Assembly (NCBI GenBank): GCA_035510575.1
Contig: DATKGV010000008.1
Span: 68,618-132,617 of the forward strand
Reading direction: 5' to 3'
Length of the DNA stretch: 64,000 bases
Source: Minisyncoccota bacterium
GTDB lineage: Bacteria; Patescibacteriota; Minisyncoccia; Phycocordibacterales; UBA9973
Below the pieces are notes generated by a model. That model did not search any database and was not told the DNA's origin. It was given only the letters and a program-made list of their open reading frames with translations. Shown in pieces: positions 31,126 to 39,946 of this stretch; position 1 is the first letter of the stretch; each line of letters starts with the position of its first letter. The translations under genes and the position numbers were made by a program.

Positions 31126-31161
31126 ATAATCGCCCCGCGGGAGCTTCCGCGGGGCGATTTA
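31126..31161. terminator. Rho-independent terminator
   Basis: aatcgccccgcgg-gagctt-ccgcggggcgatt-t. Confidence 0.75.
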
Positions 31162-31176
31162 TGTTAATATATCCCC

Positions 31177-31617
31177 ATGAAGGCAATAATGACTTTAGAC
31201 AAATTAGATAAAATAGCAAAATCGCTTCTAGAAAAAGCTATTAAATCAAAATCAAAAACGGCAACCGTTATTGCTCTTCATGGCGAACTTGGCGCCGGCA
31301 AGACAACGCTTACTCAAGAAATTGCGCGACTGCTTGGCATAAAAGAAAATCTGATTTCGCCGACATTTGTGATAATGAAGAAATATGCAATCAGCAAAAA
31401 TAAAAACTTCAAATACTTGATTCATATAGACGCGTATAGATTAAATTCCGGAAAGGAATTATTAAATCTCGGCTGGCAGGAATTATTTGAAGATAAAGAT
31501 AATCTAATTATCGTAGAATGGCCAGAAAAAGTCCTAGAATGCCTAGTTGGTGATATTTGCAAAGTCAGTTTAAAACACAAAGACGACAAAACCAGAGAAC
31601 TTGAAATTCTGGTATAA
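31177..31617 (+). CDS. tsaE: tRNA threonylcarbamoyladenosine biosynthesis ATPase TsaE
   Basis: L.GELGAGKTT; SPTF; HIDAYRL; VEW. Confidence 0.95.
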   Translation: MKAIMTLDKLDKIAKSLLEKAIKSKSKTATVIALHGELGAGKTTLTQEIARLLGIKENLISPTFVIMKKYAISKNKNFKYLIHIDAYRLNSGKELLNLGWQELFEDKDNLIIVEWPEKVLECLVGDICKVSLKHKDDKTRELEILV

Positions 31618-31624
31618 TTAAATA

Positions 31625-34030
31625 ATGGCGAAAGATTCTAATACAAAAGAAAAGCTGGTACTGCTTGATACGCATGCGATTATTCATCGCGCGTATCATG
31701 CCTTGCCTGAATTTATGAATTCAAAAGGCGAACCGACTGGGGCACTGTACGGCTTGGCGACAATGCTATTTAAGATTATCAATGATTTGAAGCCCGATTA
31801 CATTGCGGCTTGTTTTGATTTGCCGAAAAAGACCTTCAGACATGAAGCATATAAGGATTACAAAGCTGGCCGGGCCAAAGCCGATGAAGCGCTGGTTGCC
31901 CAGCTTATCCGCTCGCGAGAATTTTTCAAGGCCCTATCCATCCCGATGTATGAATGCGAAGGATTTGAAGCCGACGATCTACTTGGCACAATTTCTGAAC
32001 AGGTAAAAAGTAATAAAAAACTTGATGTAATAATTGCTTCGGGCGATATGGATACGCTTCAACTTGTCGATGATGATCATGTACAAGTTTACACACTAAA
32101 GAAGGGAATCAATGACACTATTTTATATGATGAAAAAGCGGTAAAAGAAAGATTTAGTTTTGAGCCGAAATATCTTCCTGATTACAAAGGGCTTCGCGGC
32201 GACCCGTCTGACAATATTATCGGCGTCAAGGGAATAGGGGAAAAAACGGCGACAACGCTTATTTCCAGATATGGCACTATTGAAAAACTGTATGAAGAAA
32301 TCAAGAAGAATCCCAAAAAAGTAGAAGAGCTCGGAATAACCGACAGAATATTAAATCTTTTGAAAGAGAATGAAGATGAAGCGCTGTTTTCCAAGACCTT
32401 GGCGACTATTCGCCGCGATGCTCCGATTGAATTTGAGCTGCCCAAGGATAAATGGAAAGAGCAAGTTGAAACGGAAAAAGTCGCGCAATTTTTCCGTGAT
32501 ATGGAATTTAAGAGCTTGCAAGGGAGATTCTTGGATTTATTAGATAGTAAAAAAGTTTCTTCTCCCCTTATCAAGAAGGAGACGCAGAGGGGGTCTGAAG
32601 AATTATACTCTGATTCTGAAAAATTAAAAATCTCTGAAGCAAAAATAGCGCTTTGGCTTTTAGATTCTGAAAAAACTGATCCTAATCTTGATGATGTGAT
32701 TCATTATAAAAAAAGCAAGTCATTAGATGAAGCATTTGCAAAACTGGAATCTGATATTAAAAAAGAAAACCTGACTTATGTTTACAGGGAAATCGAAATA
32801 CCAATCATACCCATAATAGAAAAGATGGAAAAATGCGGAATTATGATCGATGTTGATTACTTGAAAAAGCTTTCCAAAGAATATCACGCCAATTTAACCA
32901 AAATAGAACATGATATCTGGAAGCAATCAGGAATGGAATTCAATATTAATTCCCCGAAACAGCTTGGAGAAGTTTTGTTTGATAAGCTCGGAATTTCTGT
33001 GAAGGGGATGAAGAAATCAGCAGGCGGCGCCCGTTCCACCCGTGAAAGCGAACTTGAAAAAATAAGCGATCTTCACCCGATAATCAAGGAAATTTTAAAA
33101 TATCGCGAATTGCAGAAATTGCTTTCCACCTATATAGACACGATACCGAACCAAGTTGCGAGCGATGGGCGCCTTCATGCGCATTTCATACAAACCGGCA
33201 CGACAACCGGACGCTTCGCTTCCAATAATCCGAATCTGCAGAATATTCCCATCAAAACGGAGCTTGGCAAAAACATTCGCAATGCTTTCATCGCCCAGCC
33301 CGGATATGTGCTCGCATCTTTTGATTATTCGCAGATAGAGCTTCGAGTAGCGGCGCTGATGTCGCAAGACCCTTACTTCATACAGGCCTTTAAAGACGGC
33401 AAAGATATTCATGCCGCAGTTGCCATGAAAGTTTTCGGCGTTAAAGAGAATGAAGTCACTCACGATATGAGGCGAAGAGCCAAGGTGATAAATTTCGGCA
33501 TTCTCTACGGCATGGGCATAAACGCGCTAAAGCAAAATCTCGGCGCGGATCGCAAGGAGGCGCAGATATTTTACGATAATTACTTCGCTCAATTTCCAAC
33601 GATTGCCAATTATCTTGAAAGCATTAAAAACTTCGCCAAAAAAAACGGCTATACCGAGACCCTTTTCGGGCGCAAAAGATATTTCCCGGGAATTCATTCA
33701 ACGCTTCCTTACATGCGCGCCATGGCTGAACGCATGGCAACCAATGCGCCTATCCAAGGCACAGCTACGGCCGATATCATAAAGATCGGCATGAAAAAAG
33801 CGGAAGATGATCTGGTGAAAGCGGGGATTATAAACGAAACGCGGCTTGTATTGCAAGTGCATGATGAGTTGGTTTATGAGATCAAGAAAGACAAAGTGGA
33901 GCAAGCCATGAAAATAATTGAAAGCGCCATGAAGAGCGCAATTCCAAGCGAATTTTTGGAAAACTTGGAACCGGTGCCTCTTTTGGTGTCATCCGGCTTC
34001 GGGCGGACTTGGGGCGATCTGAAGCAGTAG
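31625..34030 (+). CDS. polA: DNA polymerase I (5'-3' exonuclease plus polymerase; proofreading domain reduced)
   Basis: EADD, GDPSDN..GVKGIG.KTA; TGR..S.NPNLQNIP; DYSQIELR; NFGILYG; QVHDEL. Confidence 0.96.
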   Translation: MAKDSNTKEKLVLLDTHAIIHRAYHALPEFMNSKGEPTGALYGLATMLFKIINDLKPDYIAACFDLPKKTFRHEAYKDYKAGRAKADEALVAQLIRSREFFKALSIPMYECEGFEADDLLGTISEQVKSNKKLDVIIASGDMDTLQLVDDDHVQVYTLKKGINDTILYDEKAVKERFSFEPKYLPDYKGLRGDPSDNIIGVKGIGEKTATTLISRYGTIEKLYEEIKKNPKKVEELGITDRILNLLKENEDEALFSKTLATIRRDAPIEFELPKDKWKEQVETEKVAQFFRDMEFKSLQGRFLDLLDSKKVSSPLIKKETQRGSEELYSDSEKLKISEAKIALWLLDSEKTDPNLDDVIHYKKSKSLDEAFAKLESDIKKENLTYVYREIEIPIIPIIEKMEKCGIMIDVDYLKKLSKEYHANLTKIEHDIWKQSGMEFNINSPKQLGEVLFDKLGISVKGMKKSAGGARSTRESELEKISDLHPIIKEILKYRELQKLLSTYIDTIPNQVASDGRLHAHFIQTGTTTGRFASNNPNLQNIPIKTELGKNIRNAFIAQPGYVLASFDYSQIELRVAALMSQDPYFIQAFKDGKDIHAAVAMKVFGVKENEVTHDMRRRAKVINFGILYGMGINALKQNLGADRKEAQIFYDNYFAQFPTIANYLESIKNFAKKNGYTETLFGRKRYFPGIHSTLPYMRAMAERMATNAPIQGTATADIIKIGMKKAEDDLVKAGIINETRLVLQVHDELVYEIKKDKVEQAMKIIESAMKSAIPSEFLENLEPVPLLVSSGFGRTWGDLKQ

Positions 34031-34062
34031 CGAAAATTTATTGCGAATGATAGGATTATCAT

Positions 34063-34560
34063 ATGGAAGAAGATATAAATACAAAGGTCAGCGATGATAA
34101 TGTCCGCCATGGCATGGTTCATTTCGTGCTCTCGCATTCATATGTTGTCTTTCTGATGGCAATCGTTTTAGGTGCCATTTTCAATATAATTTACAATTTT
34201 AATATTTTCTTGAATCCGATTTATCAATATATCGGCCTGATTATGATCATGCTCGGATCATTCTTGATATATTGGTCGCAATCGACGTCAAGATATATCA
34301 AAGAAAATACGGAACACGGTGTTATTTATAATTTTGAAGGCGGTCCGTATAAATACAGCCGCAACCCGACTCATATAGGCGTTGCCATAATGACGCTTGG
34401 CCTTGGACTGTTAGTTAATTCGCTGTTTATTATTATTTTTGTGATTGCCGCCTACATTGTGACCGGCCTTATTTTCTTGAAAGCGGAAGAAAAATTGCTT
34501 GAACAAAAATACGGGCAGAAGTATTTGGATTATAAGAATAAAGTCAAAATTTGGCTATGA
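34063..34560 (+). CDS. Isoprenylcysteine carboxyl methyltransferase / PEMT family membrane protein
   Basis: GPYKYSRNP; EE..L...YG..Y..YK..V. Confidence 0.85.
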   Translation: MEEDINTKVSDDNVRHGMVHFVLSHSYVVFLMAIVLGAIFNIIYNFNIFLNPIYQYIGLIMIMLGSFLIYWSQSTSRYIKENTEHGVIYNFEGGPYKYSRNPTHIGVAIMTLGLGLLVNSLFIIIFVIAAYIVTGLIFLKAEEKLLEQKYGQKYLDYKNKVKIWL

Positions 34561-35189
34561 TTCATATTCTTTACGGCAATGATGTGAAAAGCAAAAATGC
34601 TTGCTTGAAAAAGCTTGCTGGTAAGAACGAGTCATTTTTTTTTACACCAACTAAAATATCGAAAGAAATGCTTTATGATTATGCCGGCAATATAAGCTTG
34701 TTCGGCGGATCGCCGATTGTAATTATTGAAGGGCTGATTTATCAAAGCGATATGGAGCTTTCGCCGAAAGATTTGAATATTTTGAAAAATTCGCCGGCAA
34801 CTTTTATTTTGATTGAAGATAAGCTGTTGGCTGCAGATATAAAAAAATATGACAAATATGCCGAGATAAAATCTTTCGAGCAAAAAGTTGCAAAGCAAAT
34901 TCCCAAAGTTAATATTTTCGATCTGGCCGATGCCTTCGGGCGCAAAGATAAGATAAAAGCATGGATGCTCTACAGGGAGAGCATTTTGGCCGGCATGGAG
35001 CCGGAATCCATTTCGGGAGTCCTGTTCTGGAAGATAAAGGCAATGATGCTGAATGGAACTAGGGTTTTTAGCGCAGACAGCTTGATGCGCAAATCAGGAG
35101 AATTAGTATCAATTTATCATGAAGCCCACATGGGGGAGTGCGATTTCGTCATCGGGCTTGAACAGTTCATTCTTTCGTCATTATCATAA
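34551..35189 (+). CDS. DNA polymerase III delta (HolA)-like protein, short CPR form
   Basis: IHILYG.D; SLFG; NIFDLADA. Confidence 0.65.
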   Translation: MAMIHILYGNDVKSKNACLKKLAGKNESFFFTPTKISKEMLYDYAGNISLFGGSPIVIIEGLIYQSDMELSPKDLNILKNSPATFILIEDKLLAADIKKYDKYAEIKSFEQKVAKQIPKVNIFDLADAFGRKDKIKAWMLYRESILAGMEPESISGVLFWKIKAMMLNGTRVFSADSLMRKSGELVSIYHEAHMGECDFVIGLEQFILSSLS

Positions 35190-35208
35190 TAAATGATATA
35201 ATAGAGCC

Positions 35209-35454
35209 GTGGAACCTATTTTAAAGTCGGAAATATTTTTCTTCATAAGTTCAATTTTTGTCGCGATTTTAACAGTCGTTTTGATTTTTTTCGGATATTA
35301 TCTTATAAAAGCAATGAAAAATTTTTCCGAGATATCTGAAAAATTGAAAAATACTGTAAACAGCACTGAAAAAGAATTGCACGATATGAGCATGCATGTC
35401 AGAGAAAGCCCTATTTTCAATTTTATCTTCGGCAAGAGGAAAAATAAAAAATAA
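35209..35454 (+). CDS. Small membrane protein (DUF948-like)
   Basis: N-terminal TM plus coiled coil; precedes YtxH-like gene. Confidence 0.6.
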   Translation: MEPILKSEIFFFISSIFVAILTVVLIFFGYYLIKAMKNFSEISEKLKNTVNSTEKELHDMSMHVRESPIFNFIFGKRKNKK

Positions 35455-35504
35455 TTATTAAATTAATATGAAATGATGAAAAAATATGTCATTTCAATAA
35501 AAAT

Positions 35505-35897
35505 ATGAGTAATAAAAAAGGTATGAGCACAGATGCTATGATAGGCGCAGGAGCCACTATAGCGGGATTATCGGCAGCAGCATATTTGCTATTCGGCCCA
35601 AATGGAAAGAAGAACCGCAAGGCAATTCGAAGCTGGGCGGTAAAGATGAAAGGGGATATTATTGAAAAATTTGAAGAAACAAAGGAAATAACCGAACCGG
35701 CTTATCATAAGATTGTTGATGAAGTCAGGGATAAATATTCCCAGTTTCAGAATGTTGATAAAAATGAGCTTGAAGAGCTGGTCGCAGATATTCGCAAGCA
35801 TTGGAAGGCGATAGCCAAAGATGCCAAGCCAAAAAGCAAGAAGCCGAAAGCTAAAGCAAAATCAAAGAAAAAAGCAAAGTCCAAATCAAAAAAATAA
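35505..35897 (+). CDS. YtxH-like protein with Lys-rich tail
   Basis: GA..AG..AAAYLLFGP.GK.NR motif. Confidence 0.65.
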   Translation: MSNKKGMSTDAMIGAGATIAGLSAAAYLLFGPNGKKNRKAIRSWAVKMKGDIIEKFEETKEITEPAYHKIVDEVRDKYSQFQNVDKNELEELVADIRKHWKAIAKDAKPKSKKPKAKAKSKKKAKSKSKK

Positions 35898-36274
35898 TCT
35901 AAACAAAAAGAAAAGGCCTAAGAGCCAATCCTCAATCAAACTAAACTGATTAAGAAGAAACTCTTAGGCCTTTGACTTTTAATAAAGAACATTTTCGCAT
36001 CTGTTTAATTTAATGGCAATTAGAAGCGAAATCTTTTTCATATATAATCATTCCCGATTTATGTGCCCCTCTATCTTGGGTAGTAAGTGGATGAATTACA
36101 ATGAAAACAACTTGCTCGCATTATACAACAAAAACACTGCTTATCAAAATAAGGTGGGGATAACCCCCACACCTATATTTTAAAAAAGGACGGTAGAGTG
36201 CTCTCTCAATTAAAGATTAGAATTTCAAAAAGCCTGCAATAAAAATATAGGTGTGGGGGATAACTATAATTTTG

Positions 36275-36347
36275 TCCTCTCGGCAGGAATCGAACCTGCG
36301 ACCATCTCCTTAAAAGGGAGCTGCTCTACCGACTGAGCTACGAGAGG
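36275..36347 (-). tRNA. tRNA-Lys (UUU), CCA not encoded
   Basis: CCTCTCG acceptor stem, TAGCTCAGTCGGTAGAGC D-arm, CT-TTT-AA loop, GGTTCGATTCC T-arm. Confidence 0.95.
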
Positions 36348-36384
36348 AATTAAATATGTGATACACTCAAAAGTATCATATATT

Positions 36385-36882
36385 ATGATAAAAATCAACA
36401 AAGTTCGCAATAAAACAAAAGCTATTTTGATACTCTTTGACATTCGTAGCGCCATTAATGTCGGGGCGATTTTTAGGACGGCAGATGCGGTTGGTATTGA
36501 GAAGATATATTTGGTTGGAACCACTCCAACTCCAATTGATCAATTTGGCAGGATTCAGAAAGATATAGCCAAAAGCGCTCTAGGTGCTGAGAATTTTGTT
36601 AAATGGGAATATAAAAAAAACTTATCAGTAATTATTACTAAATTAAAAAGGGAAGGTTACAAAATTATTGCCATTGAACAGAATAAGAAATCAATAGATT
36701 ATCGCAAAATTAAAATCCCTGCAAAAGTTGCATTTATGTTAGGGCCTGAAGTTGGGGGATTGAATGAGAAAATATTGGGCAAATGCGATTTAATAGCTGA
36801 AATACCGATGCACGGCAAGAAAGAATCTCTGAATGTATCGGTCGCTTGCGGAGTGGCGCTGTTTCGAATTTTAAGAAATTAA
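36385..36882 (+). CDS. SpoU/TrmH family RNA methyltransferase
   Basis: NVGAIFRTADA; GPEVGG; EIPM.G.KESLNVSVA. Confidence 0.92.
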   Translation: MIKINKVRNKTKAILILFDIRSAINVGAIFRTADAVGIEKIYLVGTTPTPIDQFGRIQKDIAKSALGAENFVKWEYKKNLSVIITKLKREGYKIIAIEQNKKSIDYRKIKIPAKVAFMLGPEVGGLNEKILGKCDLIAEIPMHGKKESLNVSVACGVALFRILRN

Positions 36883-36892
36883 TTACTGCTCT

Positions 36893-37093
36893 TTAATTGC
36901 CCGGACCGTAAACTTGGCCGGGAGCAGATGCGTCATTGAGAGATTTTATAAACGGCTTCTTTGCGCTGTCGTTCTTTGCTCCTCCCATAAAAACCCATAT
37001 TATGAAAATAGCTAGCAGAAAAAGCAGAACCTCAAGGCCGAAATGCATTTCCCCTTTATTGAAGCTGATATTATCTTTTTTTCTTTTTACCAT
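36893..37093 (-). CDS. Small single-TM hypothetical protein
   Basis: MVKRKK...LFLLAIFIIWVFMGG...KPFI. Confidence 0.5.
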   Translation of the reverse strand: MVKRKKDNISFNKGEMHFGLEVLLFLLAIFIIWVFMGGAKNDSAKKPFIKSLNDASAPGQVYGPGN

Positions 37094-38123
37094 AAAATAA
37101 TTTCTGATGCCTGTTGCAGAAATGCGCGCTGCGGCCGTCAAGGACTTTCCTTATTATAACACCATCGCAACCTTTCTTTCCACAAGGGTCGCCTCGCTTG
37201 CCGTAGGCATTATGATGATTCTGAAATCTGCCTCTTTTTCCGTTAATATCCCTATAATCCGACATTGAATCGCCGCCGAAATCTATGCCTTTGCTTAAAA
37301 CTTCTTTCATTGATTTATAAAGCAGCTGCAATTGCTTTATCGGAATGCAAACAGATTTTGATTCAGGATGAATGCCAGCCATCCAAAGCATCTCGTCGGA
37401 ATATATGTTGCCAATGCCGGCTATAACTGATTGATTCATCAAGACGGTTTTTATATTGCCATTTGTTTTCGTACCTAATCTTTCTTTGAATTTTAGAAAT
37501 GTGAAATTTTTATCCAAAGGTTCCGGCCCGATATTTTTCAGATGAATGCTTTCACTGGCAGTATCGGTATTCATCAGCGTTACTTTGCCGAATTTGCGCG
37601 CATCGGAAAACACGAATTGCTTGCCGTTTGAAAGAGAGAAAACAACATGTATGAATCTGTTATATAGATCATGCAGCGCCGCGCGCTCGTCGGGACTGGG
37701 GGACCAAGACCCCACTCTTCGCCCTCCCCTTGGCAAGGGGAGCCTGCCCGAATGACTCGGTCGGGCGGGGGTTGGGGAGGGGTGAAAAACATATTTGCCG
37801 TAAATAATATGCCCAGTCATTTTCAGATGTATTAAGATTGTGTTTTTTCTCCCCCTGCCTGAGGGGGAGTGGCCAGAGGCCGAGGGGGTGGGAGAAAGAT
37901 TTATCAAAATATTCTTGGCCCGGCGTTCTACATTTAAAATTTTACTTCCAACAACTTCCTTCTTGAATTTTTTATAGAAGGCTTCATCCTTGATTGTATT
38001 TTTAAACTGTTTAATTTTCTGGTTCTTTTTAGCCAAATCAGTCCAAACATCAGCAATAGACAAGCCCGGCAGGACTTTTTGCAAGCCATTTACTGTTGTT
38101 GTAACTTCTGGCAATTCCGGCAT
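37071..38123 (-). CDS. mutM: Formamidopyrimidine-DNA glycosylase with two in-frame REP-derived insertions
   Basis: PELPEV; HLKMTG; D.RKFG; GIGNIYSDE; C-terminal zinc finger. Confidence 0.95.
   Translation of the reverse strand: MPELPEVTTTVNGLQKVLPGLSIADVWTDLAKKNQKIKQFKNTIKDEAFYKKFKKEVVGSKILNVERRAKNILINLSPTPSASGHSPSGRGRKNTILIHLKMTGHIIYGKYVFHPSPTPARPSHSGRLPLPRGGRRVGSWSPSPDERAALHDLYNRFIHVVFSLSNGKQFVFSDARKFGKVTLMNTDTASESIHLKNIGPEPLDKNFTFLKFKERLGTKTNGNIKTVLMNQSVIAGIGNIYSDEMLWMAGIHPESKSVCIPIKQLQLLYKSMKEVLSKGIDFGGDSMSDYRDINGKRGRFQNHHNAYGKRGDPCGKKGCDGVIIRKVLDGRSAHFCNRHQKLFYGKKKKR
37721..37784. repeat. REP-like element with a nested CCTGCC-type palindrome, inside mutM
   Basis: cctccccttggcaaggggag-cctgcccgaatgactcggtcgggcggg-ggttggggaggggtg. 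Confidence 0.8.
37849..37892. repeat. REP-like element inside mutM
   Basis: ctccccctgcctgagggggagtggccagaggccgagggggtggg; same architecture as 10155-10195. Confidence 0.8.
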
Positions 38124-38124
38124 A

Positions 38125-38703
38125 TTATCTTCTACTTAATATTTTTAATGCTTCTTTAATACGGGCGTTGGCTCCTTCTGCCTTGTCGGGGATTTGTTTG
38201 AAAGCGTCGCGGGCCTCGCTTTGCGAATAGCCGAGGGACTTGAGCGCTTCTATCACATCGCCTTCATCGCGAAGCGAATTTTGGTCGCCAGCTTTTCCTT
38301 TATACGATTGCAATTTGTCACGAAGCTCAAGAACTATCTTCTCGGCTGTTTTCTTGCCTATGCCCGAGACCTTATTCAAATAGCTCGTATCTCCGGTAGC
38401 AATAGCTTTCTTGAGCGTATTTAATGATGCCACACCTAAAATGGATAAGGCGGACTTTGGTCCAATGCCTGACACGTCAAGCAGAAGCTCAAAGAAAGAC
38501 ATTTCTTCAATTGAAGCAAAACCGTAAAGATCAAGAGAATTTTCCCGGACCGCCATATATGTCCAAAACGATGAATTATCTCCCAATCGGCAAGAATTTA
38601 TAGTGTCGGCTGTAGTGTAAATTTTATAGCCGACGCCTTTGACATCAACGATTAAGAATTTATCCGTTATATATACTATCGTCCCTTCTATTCGAGCAAT
38701 CAT
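38125..38703 (-). CDS. ruvA: Holliday junction DNA-binding protein RuvA
   Basis: MIARIEG; VGY; LYGF; VSGIGPKSAL; GIGKKTAEKI. Confidence 0.96.
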   Translation of the reverse strand: MIARIEGTIVYITDKFLIVDVKGVGYKIYTTADTINSCRLGDNSSFWTYMAVRENSLDLYGFASIEEMSFFELLLDVSGIGPKSALSILGVASLNTLKKAIATGDTSYLNKVSGIGKKTAEKIVLELRDKLQSYKGKAGDQNSLRDEGDVIEALKSLGYSQSEARDAFKQIPDKAEGANARIKEALKILSRR

Positions 38704-38809
38704 AATCAAATAATAGCAAATATTGCAAATTCTAGCTATTTCTGGTAATATGCTTCTACCAATTCATAATTATTAATTCGTAATTAATCCGCCAGCCGGT
38801 GGAAAAGAT

Positions 38810-39064
38810 ATGCCAATTACAAAATCAGCTAAAAAAGCTCTGCGCGGATCGCTTGCCAAGAAAGCCGTTAATGACCGACGAAGCAAAATCGTCAAGGAAT
38901 CAATCAAGAATATTGAAAAGCTTATAAAAGAGAATAAAAAAGCCGAAGCCAAGAAGCTCCTTTCCATCGCCTATAGCGCCATAGACAAGGCGGCCAAGAC
39001 GGGAATTATCAAAGCCAACAATGCCTCGCGCAAAAAATCTCGCTTATCCAGGATAACCAAGTAA
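38810..39064 (+). CDS. rpsT: 30S ribosomal protein S20
   Basis: MPITKSAKK; IDKAAK.GII..N.ASRKKSRL. Confidence 0.96.
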   Translation: MPITKSAKKALRGSLAKKAVNDRRSKIVKESIKNIEKLIKENKKAEAKKLLSIAYSAIDKAAKTGIIKANNASRKKSRLSRITK

Positions 39065-39084
39065 GTTTGTAGTATAATAAAGAA

Positions 39085-39351
39085 ATGAAAAATTTGCTTT
39101 TTTTCTATGGGCTTGAATGCGAATATTGCCGAGAAATGAATAAAATAATAGACCAGCTGATATCCGAAGGATATGACATTGAAAAGCTTGAGACATGGCA
39201 CAACAAAGACAATGAAGAAATGATGGTTAATCTTGATAAAGGCGACGATCCGTGCGGCGGAGTCCCTTTCCTGTTGAATCAAAAAACAGGAAAAACAATT
39301 TGCGGAAAGGTCTCATACAAGAAATTAAAAAAATGGGCGGAAGGCGAATGA
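39085..39351 (+). CDS. Small glutaredoxin/thioredoxin-fold protein
   Basis: CEYC active site; CGGVPF. Confidence 0.75.
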   Translation: MKNLLFFYGLECEYCREMNKIIDQLISEGYDIEKLETWHNKDNEEMMVNLDKGDDPCGGVPFLLNQKTGKTICGKVSYKKLKKWAEGE

Positions 39352-39359
39352 ATAAATTA

Positions 39360-39402
39360 AAAAATCCCCGTCAACATCTGTGAAGTTGTGGCGGGGATTT
39401 TT
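39360..39402. terminator. Bidirectional terminator
   Basis: aaaaatccccgtca...tggcggggattttt. Confidence 0.65.
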
Positions 39403-39411
39403 TAATTTGAA

Positions 39412-39705
39412 TTATTGTTTAGGAGTTGGTATTGTCCCTTGTGTCGTGTCTTTCAGTATATTTGGTCCGCCATTATAACCCCACATCATGCCTCTACCGC
39501 CGAAATTATTGTATCTGGCCATGGCTTTTAATTCTCCAAGCTGAGTGCCCAAGCAAAATGCGATAATAACAATAACAATCCAAATAATTTTCTTTATCAT
39601 GCGGCATTTCTTCCAACCGCAGCACCCATGATGCATGTCGCCATGATTGCAACCACATTTGCCGCAATCGCCGCCGTTGCAAACATTATTGTTTTCCATA
39701 TTCAT
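39412..39705 (-). CDS. Small membrane protein with Cys/His-rich N-terminus
   Basis: One TM helix; CGKCGCNHGDMHHGCC. Confidence 0.65.
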   Translation of the reverse strand: MNMENNNVCNGGDCGKCGCNHGDMHHGCCGWKKCRMIKKIIWIVIVIIAFCLGTQLGELKAMARYNNFGGRGMMWGYNGGPNILKDTTQGTIPTPKQ

Positions 39706-39946
39706 ATCGTTTATATAATAATTTATTTAATAATAAAAAATTCGACTGCAAGGTCTATTATATCACACTTTATGATTCTCATCTGTCTCGGAATTTGAGC
39801 AATGAGACCGTGTAAGGACATTCTAGCATAATTATGATTTTTGGAATGAAGTCCCTCGGTCTGGGTCTTGTTTTTGTGAATGAGACAAATAAGACACTAT
39901 AATGATCTATTTTAATTTACCTAAAAAGGTTATAGAATGAGTCAAT

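Noticed and set aside
36264-36524. 86-aa minus-strand ORF
   Set aside because: Overlaps tRNA-Lys and the antisense of the SpoU gene.
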